From: Rhodospirillaceae bacterium
GTDB lineage: Bacteria; Pseudomonadota; Alphaproteobacteria; UBA6615
DNA length: 64,000 nucleotides
Reading direction: 5' to 3'
Assembly (NCBI GenBank): GCA_002713365.1
Contig: PASR01000002.1
Span: 3,133 to 67,132 of the forward strand
Shown one piece after another: positions 18,700 to 28,443 of this stretch. Numbering within the stretch: position 1 is the stretch's first letter; every line of letters starts with the position of its first letter. The position numbers and the translations under genes are program-made. The notes under the pieces are model-generated. The model saw nothing but the letters and a program-made list of their open reading frames with translations, did not search any database and was not told the DNA's origin.

Positions 18700-20361
18700 T
18701 TAGTGCTTATTGCGGTTTCTTAACAATCTGCGTTGAATTTTTCCCGTAGTAGTCATTGGCAATTCGTCGACAAATTCAATGGCGCGAGGAAATTCATGTG
18801 CAGATAATCGTTGCTTAACATGGTTTTGGATTTCGGTAGCAAGTTTATCAGATGCCATTCTATTATCTTTTAGAACAATAAAGGCTTTGACTAACTCACC
18901 GCGTAACTCATCGGGTACACCTACGACGCCTGACATGGAAATAGCCGGGTGAGTTAGTAAAGAATTCTCTACTTCTGCGGGTCCAATACGAAAGCCTGCT
19001 GAGTTTATTACATCATCCGCTCGGCCAATGAAAAATAACCAGCCGTTTTCATCTATTCTAGCTTTATCCCCTGTGTTAAGCCATTGATCTCCTCTAGAGT
19101 CTGTAATAAATTTTTCTTTAGTTGCTTCTGGGTTATTCCAATATTTTAGAAACATAACTGTGTCAGGTGATTTAACACATATATTTCCTATTTCACCCAA
19201 AGGCATTGAATTTCCTATATCATCGAGAATTCTAAGTTTATGGCCTGGTATCGCCCGACCCATTGATCCATCGGGAGGTGTCATAACAGAAGAACAACAC
19301 CCAACAATAAGGTTACATTCTGTTTGTCCATATGCTTCGTTAATTGTCACTCCTAGTTGTTCTCTTCCCCAATTTATCAATGACGTGCCTAGAGCTTCTC
19401 CACCTGAAAACATAGAACGTAGATTATAGTTCCAATTTTTCCGTGGTTCGTTGACCTGACGCATTACTTTTAAAGCCGTTGGTGGTATGAACGCGTTACG
19501 AACTCCGTAATTGTCCATCAAGTCGAATGCTTTCTCAGGGTCAAAGCGTCCTGGAGGATTAACCACCTGGGGTATGCCGTGATATAACGCCGGCATAGCG
19601 GAATCCATTAAAGCACCTATCCATGCCCAGTCAGCAGGTGTCCACATTACATCACCTGGCTGCGGGAGGAAGTCAAAAATAAAATCAGCACCGGGTATGT
19701 GGCCGATCATAGTGCGGTGCGGTAATAAAGCACCTTTTGGATTTCCCGTAGTGCCAGAAGTGTAGATTAATAATGCTGGGTCGCTACTTTTGGTGAGTAC
19801 TGGTTCAAAAATATCCCTAGCCCGTGACATTTCCGAGTAAAAATCCTTTATATTATTTGAAGTGCATTCATTTTTACCATCTAAAGATAGAATAAGCTTT
19901 AAATTAGGCAAGGGTTGCTTAACTTCATCAAGTTTTCTACAGCCAGCTAGGTCAGTGATGACTACGCTGGCTTTACTATCTGTAAGACGGTGCTCTAGAG
20001 CATCGGGACCAAATAATTGTGCCAGAGGCATAGCTATAAAATTTGCTCTATAGCAAGCAATATGAGCAATTAATGTTTCTGCTTTCTGAGGCAGTAGTAT
20101 AGCTACTCGGTCACCTTGTGACACTCCATATGCTAACAGTAGATTTATAAGTTTATTGGATTCTTTTCGTAGATCGCCGAAGGTGTATTCGAATTGTGTT
20201 CTATTTTTTTGCGGAACGATCAGCGCTATGGCGCTCTGATCCTGAGCGTCACATATGCAAACTCCCATGTTGAATTGCTGTGGTATTACCCATTGCCATT
20301 CATTAACTGCTTGGGAATAACTAGATACTTTCTTCATATGAAACCTGATGTTCTGCTGCAT
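18700..20361 (-). CDS. AMP-dependent acyl-CoA synthetase/ligase
   Basis: AMP-binding signature IYTSGTTGNPKGAL, GEALG, YGQTE, NTGDKARIDENGWLFFIGRADD, and C-terminal TTTGKIQRRLLR. An alternative start is Met9 at nt 20337. Confidence 0.85.
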   Translation of the reverse strand: MQQNIRFHMKKVSSYSQAVNEWQWVIPQQFNMGVCICDAQDQSAIALIVPQKNRTQFEYTFGDLRKESNKLINLLLAYGVSQGDRVAILLPQKAETLIAHIACYRANFIAMPLAQLFGPDALEHRLTDSKASVVITDLAGCRKLDEVKQPLPNLKLILSLDGKNECTSNNIKDFYSEMSRARDIFEPVLTKSSDPALLIYTSGTTGNPKGALLPHRTMIGHIPGADFIFDFLPQPGDVMWTPADWAWIGALMDSAMPALYHGIPQVVNPPGRFDPEKAFDLMDNYGVRNAFIPPTALKVMRQVNEPRKNWNYNLRSMFSGGEALGTSLINWGREQLGVTINEAYGQTECNLIVGCCSSVMTPPDGSMGRAIPGHKLRILDDIGNSMPLGEIGNICVKSPDTVMFLKYWNNPEATKEKFITDSRGDQWLNTGDKARIDENGWLFFIGRADDVINSAGFRIGPAEVENSLLTHPAISMSGVVGVPDELRGELVKAFIVLKDNRMASDKLATEIQNHVKQRLSAHEFPRAIEFVDELPMTTTGKIQRRLLRNRNKH

Positions 20362-20462
20362 ATAGTTTAAAATTACTAAAACTAACGGTGAAAAGAAAGT
20401 CAGTCAGTTTCCTCTATAATATATTAATCATTTGTTTATTATTTATATTTATATATAGATTA

Positions 20463-21140
20463 TTATCTAATCTTAGATTCAATTTTTAATATTTTATCAA
20501 GTATATAAATACTGCTAGCTACAGCTGGTCCTATTAAGAATGCAAATAATATAGTACCTAGACCCACAGGCCCCCCTAATAACCACCCTATCATAACTAC
20601 AGTTATCTCAATACAGCTTCTAATCATAAAAATTGTTTGATTAGTGAGTTGTTGTAATCCAGTCATCAAACCATCTCTAGGCCCTGGACCTAGATTAGAT
20701 ATCAAGTAAATTGCACTTCCAATGCCTGTTATCAAAACACCTATCAGGGCCTGGATAATTATATAAAAATTGGTTTTTGGATTGGGCAAGTAGGGTATTA
20801 TATACTCCAAAACTATTGCAATAATTATTACATTTAGAATGGTACCAATACCGGGTATTTGTTTTAGTGGTATCCAGAAAAATAAGACCATTACACTTAT
20901 TAAAAAAGTGGAAGCTCCGATACTAAGGGTGGTTACATTACTGATTCCAAGTGCCAGTACGGTCCATGGGCTAACCCCTATACCAGCCGCAATTAATATT
21001 GCCTCACCAAGTCCGAATAGTAATAGTCCGAATACTAAAAATATTAATGTTACAGGTTGTGGTTGGAAGTTTAGAGGTCTAGATGAACTCCAGAACAAGA
21101 CAGGTATACTTTTAACGGATAAAAATGGAAATTTTGACAA
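20463..21140 (-). CDS. Polytopic membrane protein, YczE/YitT-like
   Basis: 225 aa with about 6 hydrophobic helices. GIGVSPWTVLALGIS and GPGPRDGLMTG resemble YczE-type membrane proteins. The family call is tentative. Confidence 0.55.
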   Translation of the reverse strand: MSKFPFLSVKSIPVLFWSSSRPLNFQPQPVTLIFLVFGLLLFGLGEAILIAAGIGVSPWTVLALGISNVTTLSIGASTFLISVMVLFFWIPLKQIPGIGTILNVIIIAIVLEYIIPYLPNPKTNFYIIIQALIGVLITGIGSAIYLISNLGPGPRDGLMTGLQQLTNQTIFMIRSCIEITVVMIGWLLGGPVGLGTILFAFLIGPAVASSIYILDKILKIESKIR

Positions 21141-21242
21141 TGCTTAACAGCTTTCACTCTTTAGGATCGTGTTAAAAATACATGTTATTCCTATTAGAGG
21201 ACAAAAATATTTTAAATCATTGTAAAATATATAAAACTTCTA

Positions 21243-21878
21243 TTACAAAATACTACTTTTATCCCAATTAATACCTTTGTCTGGTGATTCAGCAGTAATA
21301 TGCATTGCTTCGGCGAGTCTATTGGTACAATTCCAAAGAGCGGTAGTATAAGTCAATTCTACTATTTCAGCTTTTGAAAAGTGATCAAGCATTCTTTGAA
21401 AAAGTTTATCTTTCTCACGGGCCGACATATCTGTTACCGCGTTTGCCCAATCGAGAACAACTTTTTCTTTTTCACTAAAGCTATTGTTTTTATGCCAAGA
21501 ATTAGAAGAGATTGATGATAGTTGTCCTTCAGTAAATTCTAGCTGTCGTGCCAGTGCTACATTATGATGAGCGCAATTATGACATGCGTTATCTAGAGAA
21601 GGTTTAAGTATACATAGCACTTGCATTCGTGAGCGCTCTCGATCGTTAGCACGTAGAGCGGCAACTTTTATGTCTCTATCAAAAACAAGAAAGCTTCTAG
21701 CGGCCCCTGGAGAATGCGCTAACACTTGTATAAACTTAGGAACAATACCGTACATATTGAGACATAGATCATAGAGTTCTGTTACTTCTGGTGACTCGCT
21801 TCCTGGTTCTATTGCTGGTATACGGGTGTTTATTGGGCATGCCATATCACTGAGAACTTGATCTACTGATTTTTCCAC
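21243..21878 (-). CDS. Carboxymuconolactone decarboxylase / AhpD-like family protein
   Basis: 211 aa, all-helical, with a CHNCAHH (CxxC..H) motif as in AhpD-like peroxidase-related proteins. Confidence 0.7.
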   Translation of the reverse strand: MEKSVDQVLSDMACPINTRIPAIEPGSESPEVTELYDLCLNMYGIVPKFIQVLAHSPGAARSFLVFDRDIKVAALRANDRERSRMQVLCILKPSLDNACHNCAHHNVALARQLEFTEGQLSSISSNSWHKNNSFSEKEKVVLDWANAVTDMSAREKDKLFQRMLDHFSKAEIVELTYTTALWNCTNRLAEAMHITAESPDKGINWDKSSIL

Positions 21879-22001
21879 CTTAGTTCCTTTTACGCTGTTT
21901 ATTAAAACATAGAACTTACTTAATATTCTGCAGCACTTGTTTTATAAGAAATAAGTACTCAAGTGCTTATATAGCTGGGTATTTATTATTTTATTATAGA
22001 T

Positions 22002-22850
22002 TTAGGTCTTTGTTCTCATAAGAGTTATATAAATTAATGCTGTAGCAAACATTATAAGGCTATAAGTAGCAGCTGGAATGATAACTGGGCCACCTCCAAA
22101 TAATAATGTACCTACAGCTATTGCTAATGTTCCATTTTGCAAACCGCATTCTATAGATATTGCTGTCCTTTGTTTTGGTCCAGATGCAAAAATTGTAGCA
22201 ATAATATAGGCAACAAGCATCATTACTACGTTTAGTGCCAACGTGACCAGACCTGCCTGTGCAAAATATTCAACTATATTTTCTCGTTGCTGAAATATTG
22301 CTCCTAAAAGTACCAGTGCAAATAATACAGCCGATATTTTTTTTGCCCAAGGTTCAAACCGTAATGAAAAATCTGAAGCAAACTGCCTAAATATTAAACC
22401 AATACATACTGGTATAGTTACTATAAGGAAGACACTAATTGCTATTTTATTTATATTAATGTTCTTGCCATCTCCGTCGAAAAGTAAATTGTAAGAAAAT
22501 CCTATTATTATAGGAATTGAAATAACACTTATGAGACTGATAATGGCTGTAAGAGAAATTGATAAGGCTACATCACCTTTTGCAAATGAAGTTAAAATAT
22601 TTGAGGTTACACCACCTGGCGCTGCCGCTATTATCATAACACCTAAAGCGAGTTCTGCGGGCAAGTTCCATAAACCGATAAGAAAAAGTGCGATTAAGGG
22701 TAACAGTATTAACTGGGAAGCTAATCCTATTATAAAATCCCGCGGCATTTTAGCTACTCTAGTAAAGTCTGCTAAAGTGAGTCCTAAGCCTAAAGCGAAC
22801 ATTATAAACGCCATAGCTAATGGAAGTATAATTTCAGTTACTATTCCCAT
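22002..22850 (-). CDS. Bile acid:sodium symporter (BASS/SBF) family transporter
   Basis: 282 aa polytopic protein. LGLGLTLADF and AAAPGGVTSNILT motifs are typical of SBF-like carriers. Confidence 0.8.
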   Translation of the reverse strand: MGIVTEIILPLAMAFIMFALGLGLTLADFTRVAKMPRDFIIGLASQLILLPLIALFLIGLWNLPAELALGVMIIAAAPGGVTSNILTSFAKGDVALSISLTAIISLISVISIPIIIGFSYNLLFDGDGKNININKIAISVFLIVTIPVCIGLIFRQFASDFSLRFEPWAKKISAVLFALVLLGAIFQQRENIVEYFAQAGLVTLALNVVMMLVAYIIATIFASGPKQRTAISIECGLQNGTLAIAVGTLLFGGGPVIIPAATYSLIMFATALIYITLMRTKT

Positions 22851-23033
22851 AGCTCCCCCCAGTAAGAAATTTTATTCACACTTATTATTATATATTTTAG
22901 AAATATTTGCCATAAATTTAGCAATTATTATATATCTAAATATTTTAACTCTTAGGTGAAAGGGAGTTTATATTTTCTTATATATTTAGGAATTGTTTAC
23001 AAATGATCTGAATTAATTAATTTATTTATTTAT

Positions 23034-23474
23034 TTATTTATTTTTCATTTCTTGTTTCCGCATTGGCATTGTATCAATCAATTTAAATATGGCCTCATTA
23101 GTAATAGCTTTTTGCGATCTTAATTTCTCATTACCATCTTTTCCAACAAGTATTGCTAAATAATCATATTTATCAGCAGAAAAATAATTTTTTAAATTTT
23201 CAGTATTCATATTGTTATGAGAGAGCCCATTTATCATTACTATATTGTTAGGACCTAACTCAATAAGAACTAGATCTCGGTCGTTCCATCCATTTAGCGC
23301 TAAGTCTCTATTTTTACTTAGTTGATGTGCTTCAGAATATCCACTCTCAGAAATAAATGAAATTATAACTCTATTTTTCCATCTGTACTTACTTAAGTCT
23401 AAAGCTAAAACTTCATTTGATGTAACAAATGATGACATTATAAATATTGCAATGAGGCTTATTAAGTTTTTCAA
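23034..23474 (-). CDS. Exported DUF4174-like protein
   Basis: 146 aa. Signal peptide MKNLISLIAIFIMSSFVTSNEVLA, then WKNRVIISF...LVGKDGNEKL...IDTMPMR, which I recognise as the DUF4174 pattern. It lies 59 nt downstream of the LLM gene on the same strand. Confidence 0.55.
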   Translation of the reverse strand: MKNLISLIAIFIMSSFVTSNEVLALDLSKYRWKNRVIISFISESGYSEAHQLSKNRDLALNGWNDRDLVLIELGPNNIVMINGLSHNNMNTENLKNYFSADKYDYLAILVGKDGNEKLRSQKAITNEAIFKLIDTMPMRKQEMKNK

Positions 23475-23533
23475 AATTAATACTACGTATATTTTTTTAT
23501 AAATATAAAGTTAAAAATATTATTATAACTAAA

Positions 23534-24652
23534 CTAACCAGTAGCCGACTGTTCTTGTGGTTCAATATGAGTATTTACTCTTGGCATCACTTCCTCGGCC
23601 ATCAATTGAAGGGAACGCTTGCTAAGTTTCTCATCTACCCAGTCCATACCAGCATAAACTAGTTCTCCAAAATCGCCTGTTGTCTCACGAAACTCTAAAA
23701 TTTGTTCTACCACACTATCAACTGTTCCGCATATTACTAAATCCTCAATAACTCGATCTAGAGTTATGGAATCATCGGGTTCATCTGGATGATTTTTAAA
23801 GACTGCTTGCCTATTGCCTCTTATGAGCTTTTTAAGTATTTGGCTGTAATAAAAACGGTAAGGACTATTTATATTATACTTACCATATTCTTTGGCCGTA
23901 GTGTCATCGTCAGCCACAAATATTGTCCTAGCTATTCTCCAGTCTGATATAGATGCCTTTTTATTAGCATTAGACTTACCTTCACTGTAGTTCTTCCAGT
24001 GTGTAGCAACCCATTTGGGGAGTAAGAAATTTGCAGAAAGTGGATGAAAGTCTCTTTCTCCCATAGCTATTACCCCCTTAGAAAAAGGAGCTACAACTGT
24101 CCCAACAATCTCTGGATAAGGTTTTTGATATGGTTTTGGTAAAATACCATAACCAACTTCAGGGTATCGGGTTTTAGATGTACTTACTTTAAATCTGTTA
24201 TTATTCAGATCAATGTTATAAGGAGATTCACCTTCCCAAATCGCGATAATTACATCAATTGCTTCCGCAAACATTTTATTTCTATCTTCATCAATAATTC
24301 CTAAAGCCTCGGCATCAGACCTGAGAGCACCTGGACTTATACCCAGAATAAATCTACCCTCTGAAAGGTGATCGAACATAGCTGCATGTGCAGCAATTAG
24401 GACAGGATGCATATGAGATAGATTGGTAGTCCCCGTCGCCAATTTAATATTCTTGGTAGAATTTATTAGGGTTGCTTGGAAAAGCATGGAATTAGTTATG
24501 TTTTCAGCCTGGTCTGTAAGATGTTCTCCCACAAAGGCGTCATAAAAACCTAATTCATCACATAACACTATAGTCTCTCGGTCTTCTTTTAGTGTTGTTG
24601 TATAATCACGATCAAGTGGGTGAACAGGCATAGTAAAATAACCAAGTCGCAT
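23534..24652 (-). CDS. Luciferase-like (LLM class) flavin-dependent oxidoreductase
   Basis: 372 aa. N-terminus MRLGYFTMPVH...FDAFVGEHL and a TIM-barrel LLM layout. SD AAGGAAAAAAT precedes the ATG. Confidence 0.85.
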   Translation of the reverse strand: MRLGYFTMPVHPLDRDYTTTLKEDRETIVLCDELGFYDAFVGEHLTDQAENITNSMLFQATLINSTKNIKLATGTTNLSHMHPVLIAAHAAMFDHLSEGRFILGISPGALRSDAEALGIIDEDRNKMFAEAIDVIIAIWEGESPYNIDLNNNRFKVSTSKTRYPEVGYGILPKPYQKPYPEIVGTVVAPFSKGVIAMGERDFHPLSANFLLPKWVATHWKNYSEGKSNANKKASISDWRIARTIFVADDDTTAKEYGKYNINSPYRFYYSQILKKLIRGNRQAVFKNHPDEPDDSITLDRVIEDLVICGTVDSVVEQILEFRETTGDFGELVYAGMDWVDEKLSKRSLQLMAEEVMPRVNTHIEPQEQSATG

Positions 24653-24682
24653 ATTTTTTCCTTATTTATCGCTTTTTATATA

Positions 24683-24710
24683 TATACGCAGAATTTTTAT
24701 AAACAGATCA
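24683..24710 (-). promoter_or_regulatory. ECF sigma-E-type promoter (TGATCT-N16-CGTATA) upstream of the LLM oxidoreductase gene
   Basis: Read on the minus strand, TGATCT is at 24710-24705, followed by a 16-nt spacer and CGTATA at 24688-24683. The C of CGTA lies 36 nt upstream of the ATG at 24652. The architecture matches the five other sites in the window. Confidence 0.6.
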
Positions 24711-24796
24711 GTTACAAAAGTTACTAGATTATAATTAATTATTTTAACAAAATTTTATTAGAATTACATGCAAATCTAAAAGATAAAATATTAATG

Positions 24797-24824
24797 TCAT
24801 CCAAATTATTTTAAAATACGTACA
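24797..24824 (+). promoter_or_regulatory. Near match to the sigma-E-type motif (TCATCC-N16-CGTACA) upstream of the SDR gene at 24951
   Basis: Spacing and CGTA are conserved, but the -35 core is CATC instead of GATC. It lies back to back with the LLM promoter, like the two exact divergent pairs. Confidence 0.25.
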
Positions 24825-24950
24825 AGTGATAACTCCTTTAAATAAATAATTTTTATGTATTTTATTAGATTACTATTCACATATATCAGAATATTAGGAT
24901 TAAATTAAATAACTATGTTAACAGCTAAAAGTACCTATGATTATATAAAC

Positions 24951-25685
24951 ATGGAATCTTTTGCAGGCTCTTTAAATGTACTAATAATAGGGGCTTCTGG
25001 AGGTATTGGTGGAGCAGTTATTAGTAACCTTTCCAAAAACCCCACAACACGTATATGGGCAACTGCACGAAAGAATATAGAATATAATTCTGATATGATT
25101 ATTCCTCTTTTTTTAGATCTTAATGATGAAAAGTCAATTAAATCAGTAGCGGAGAATATAGCTAATTCAGGAAATACATTGGATTTGGTACTAGTTGCTA
25201 CAGGCTTTCTCCACGATGCTCTGATTAAGCCTGAAAAAACATGGAAATCATTAAATCATAGTTCCTTTAGTAAATCTTTTTCTATCAATTGTATTGGTCC
25301 AGCTTTAGTCGCGAAACATGTATTGCCCCTACTCAGAAAGGAAAGTAAGTCTGTGTTTGCAGTGTTATCAGCAAGAATTGGAAGTATATCTGATAATCAT
25401 ACTGGTGGTTGGCACAGCTATAGAGCATCTAAGGCAGCTTTAAACATGTTAATTCGTACACTTGCTGTTGAGTTATCACGTACAAATCCAAGTGCATTAT
25501 GTGTAAGTCTACATCCTGGAACCGTAGACACTAGCTTATCTCTACCCTTTCAAAGAGGTGTTTCTAAAGAACAGCTATTTAACAAGAATTTAGCAGCTTC
25601 TCAGTTATTAAACGTAATTGACACATTGAAGATTAATTCATCCGGGGGGCTTTATGCTTGGGATGGAAAATCAATCGCTTTCTAA
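24951..25685 (+). CDS. Short-chain dehydrogenase/reductase (C-factor-like SDR)
   Basis: IIGASGGIGGA cofactor motif and the YRASKAALN catalytic motif. I start at Met13 of the track ORF (nt 24951), which places the Rossmann motif at its usual N-terminal distance. Confidence 0.8.
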   Translation: MESFAGSLNVLIIGASGGIGGAVISNLSKNPTTRIWATARKNIEYNSDMIIPLFLDLNDEKSIKSVAENIANSGNTLDLVLVATGFLHDALIKPEKTWKSLNHSSFSKSFSINCIGPALVAKHVLPLLRKESKSVFAVLSARIGSISDNHTGGWHSYRASKAALNMLIRTLAVELSRTNPSALCVSLHPGTVDTSLSLPFQRGVSKEQLFNKNLAASQLLNVIDTLKINSSGGLYAWDGKSIAF

Positions 25686-25712
25686 ACGATTTTCAAAAAG
25701 TTTTGATTTAAA

Positions 25713-27140
25713 TTATTTATTTTTAATTTTTTTAAAACAGTCTAGGGCATATTTTCTTGTTACGACATGATCCACAATAGGATGAGGATAATTTCTTCCA
25801 ATAGCTACGTTTGCATTCAATAAAACGTCACTAGGTGCAAGCCATGGTTCATGTAGGTATTTAGTTGGTAGCTTAGATAGCTCCGGCACCCATTTTTTTA
25901 TATATAGCCAGTTTGGATCAAATCTTTGACTTTGTCTAGTTGGATTAAATATACGAAAAAATGGTGCTGCATCAGCTCCACAACCAGCAATCCACTGCCA
26001 GCTAGCTGAATTATTAGCTAAATCGGCATCAACCAAAGTATCCCAAAACCAGGCTGCTCCATCACGCCAGTCCATAAGTAAATTTTTTACGAGAAAAGAA
26101 CCTGAAATCATTCGTACACGGTTATGCATATACCCAGTTTCCCAAAGTTCTCGCATGCCAGCATCAATTATCGGATAACCAGTTTTACCTTTTTGCCAAC
26201 TTTTTAAAAGATTTTTATCCTTTCGCCATGGGAAGTTATCAAATTTTGTTTGAAGATTTATGTTGGGTAAATTTGGAAAATAATAGAGGAGTGAATATGA
26301 GAATTCTCGCCAGGCAAGTTGTGATAAAAATTTATTAATACTTAGATTAGAGTTTTTTATATTTTGAAACTTTTTAGTCTCATACCATACCATATTTGGC
26401 GATATAGAACCCCAGTGTAGGTGCACTGAAAGCTTAGATGTAGATTTAACTGCAGGAAAATCTCGATTATTTTTATAATCTTGTAATTCTGTGTTTATAA
26501 AAGTATGGAGATGTTTTTGTGCAGTAGACTCACCTACATTCCAATGCTTAGCTAAATTAGATTCCCATTGTTTATTTGTTAGAAGAGAAAGTGATGACAA
26601 AGATCGAGAATAATCTTTCGTCTCATATAACTTGATGCTCTTTGGCTTACTGATGGGCGAACGAGGTGGAACTGCACACATGCAGCCTCGTTTATAAAAT
26701 GGAGTAAATACTTTATAAGGTGATCCATCCTTTTTAAGGACTTCCCAAGGTTCCCATAATAGTGAGCCATTAAAGCTTTTTACCTCAATGTTCTTAGGCA
26801 ATATATTTTCTTTCAATATTTTATCTCGTGATATACGCCATGGTTCATAACAACGATTCCAAAAAATACCAGATGCTCCGGTATTTGCTATAAGGTCAGG
26901 AATTAATTTTAGAGCGTTTCCTTCTAAAATACATAATTTACCGTCAAGTGAATGGTTTAACGAATTAAGTTGTTGGTGCAACCACCACCGCGCCGCTCCT
27001 CTAATTGAATTTTTATCTACATTAACGTTATCAAATATATATAGGGGAAGTACTTCACCTAATTTAGCAGCCTCATATAACGATGGGTTATCAGTAAGCC
27101 TTAAATCTTGTCGAAACCAATGAATTATAATTCTATCCAT
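25713..27140 (-). CDS. phr: Deoxyribodipyrimidine photolyase (class I CPD type)
   Basis: 475 aa. N-terminal IHWFRQDLRLTDNPSL and C-terminal FAD-binding motifs DADLANNSASWQWIAGCGADAAPFFRIFNP closely parallel E. coli PhrB. Confidence 0.9.
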   Translation of the reverse strand: MDRIIIHWFRQDLRLTDNPSLYEAAKLGEVLPLYIFDNVNVDKNSIRGAARWWLHQQLNSLNHSLDGKLCILEGNALKLIPDLIANTGASGIFWNRCYEPWRISRDKILKENILPKNIEVKSFNGSLLWEPWEVLKKDGSPYKVFTPFYKRGCMCAVPPRSPISKPKSIKLYETKDYSRSLSSLSLLTNKQWESNLAKHWNVGESTAQKHLHTFINTELQDYKNNRDFPAVKSTSKLSVHLHWGSISPNMVWYETKKFQNIKNSNLSINKFLSQLAWREFSYSLLYYFPNLPNINLQTKFDNFPWRKDKNLLKSWQKGKTGYPIIDAGMRELWETGYMHNRVRMISGSFLVKNLLMDWRDGAAWFWDTLVDADLANNSASWQWIAGCGADAAPFFRIFNPTRQSQRFDPNWLYIKKWVPELSKLPTKYLHEPWLAPSDVLLNANVAIGRNYPHPIVDHVVTRKYALDCFKKIKNK

Positions 27141-27249
27141 TACTACAAATGCCTTTATTCTTTAGTTTAATTTCATTAATTTGAGGCTGGATATTAATAT
27201 ATTAAATTAATAGAATTTAATATTATTTATGAAATTTAGGGTTTAACTG

Positions 27250-27277
27250 TGATCCATAGTTTAAATAAAAACGTAAG
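27250..27277 (+). promoter_or_regulatory. ECF sigma-E-type promoter (TGATCC-N16-CGTAAG) upstream of the DUF2177 gene
   Basis: TGATCC at 27250-27255, 16-nt spacer, CGTAAG at 27272-27277. The C of CGTA lies 40 nt upstream of the ATG at 27312, which has a GAGG SD. Confidence 0.65.
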
Positions 27278-27311
27278 ATCGGTGTGACTAAAACAGAGGT
27301 AGGGACTCAAT

Positions 27312-27716
27312 ATGCTAAAAATCTATGCATTAGCATCTCTTTTTACTTTCCTTGTATTCATAATCGTTGATTTTATATGGTTAGCTAATGCAACTCGTTT
27401 CTTATATAAACCTCATATAGGTCCACTTTTGCTAGAAAAGCCTGTTCTACCTGCGGCTGCCATATTCTACATCCTTTATGTATTTGGACTGATATTTTTA
27501 GTTCTAAAGCCTGCAATTGATGCCAATTCTGTAATAAATGCTATTTGGTTAGGGGGGGTATTTGGTCTTGTGGCTTATGGCACCTATGATCTTACCAACT
27601 TAGCCACCATAAGAGGATGGTCAGTTACTGTCACACTAGTAGATATGGTGTGGGGAGCTTTCCTTACGGGTCTTTCAGCTGGTCTGGGTGTATGGATTGC
27701 ATTTAAGTTTAATTAA
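27312..27716 (+). CDS. DUF2177-like small membrane protein
   Basis: 134 aa with 4 hydrophobic helices. The VDFIWL...Y...G and GTYDLTN pattern is one I associate with DUF2177, a family co-occurring with sigma-E/ChrR regulons. Confidence 0.6.
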   Translation: MLKIYALASLFTFLVFIIVDFIWLANATRFLYKPHIGPLLLEKPVLPAAAIFYILYVFGLIFLVLKPAIDANSVINAIWLGGVFGLVAYGTYDLTNLATIRGWSVTVTLVDMVWGAFLTGLSAGLGVWIAFKFN

Positions 27717-27766
27717 CTAATAAAATTTTATGTTCAGCATATATGTATGCTAATTTAAATCCAGAT

Positions 27767-28405
27767 TTATGAACCGCTTCCAATAATATTCATAAATTCT
27801 TGCCTAGTAGCGGGGTTTTCTCTGAATGAACCAAGCATATGGCTGGTATGCATGTCCACTCCTGGTTTATTAACACCTCGTGTAGTCATGCATTGATGTG
27901 ATGCCTGAACAATGACGCCAACTCCTCTAGGCGATAAAACATCATCAATAGTATTTGCTATTTGTGCTGTCATTTTTTCTTGTATCTGAAGGCGGCGGGC
28001 ATAGACTTCTACTATTCGAGCCAATTTACTTATTCCGACAACACGCTGATCTGGAAGGTATCCTACATGTGCTTTACCGATTATAGGCGCCATATGGTGT
28101 TCGCAGTGACTAACGAATGATATATTGCTAAGTACAATCATTTCATCATAGCCCTCTGTTTCAGTAAATGTTCTCTCAAGTATGGCTATTGGATCTTGAG
28201 AGTAACCATTAAAAAACTCGTCATAAGAGCGCACCACTCTATCTGGGGTGCTTCTTAATCCTTGCCGGGTTACGTCTTCACCAGCGTAAGCTAGGAGAGT
28301 TCTTACAGCTCTAATGGCTGCTTCTTTAGGCGGCCTTTTATTGCCTATATACGGAGGTTTTTCTTTATCTTCCTCTACAGAAAAATTTAGATTATTTTTA
28401 GCCAT
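27767..28405 (-). CDS. folE: GTP cyclohydrolase I
   Basis: 212 aa with the FolE hallmark motifs [30 protein letters not shown] and [18 protein letters not shown] precedes the ATG. Confidence 0.95.
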   Translation of the reverse strand: MAKNNLNFSVEEDKEKPPYIGNKRPPKEAAIRAVRTLLAYAGEDVTRQGLRSTPDRVVRSYDEFFNGYSQDPIAILERTFTETEGYDEMIVLSNISFVSHCEHHMAPIIGKAHVGYLPDQRVVGISKLARIVEVYARRLQIQEKMTAQIANTIDDVLSPRGVGVIVQASHQCMTTRGVNKPGVDMHTSHMLGSFRENPATRQEFMNIIGSGS

Positions 28406-28443
28406 TACGTGAGCTCCAAATTTTTTTTTATTTATTTAACGAT

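Noticed and set aside
23021-23045. A (TTTA)5 microsatellite overlapping the stop codon of the DUF4174 gene, considered as a possible phase-variation tract.
   Set aside because: On the coding strand the first repeat unit already supplies the TAA stop. Repeat-number changes would therefore not alter the protein, and no promoter spacing is affected.
27141-27249. A sigma-E-type promoter for the photolyase gene; the best candidate is minus-strand ATATCC at plus coordinates 27189-27194.
   Set aside because: There is no GATC core and no CGTA 16 nt downstream (AATT instead). I could not support a site.
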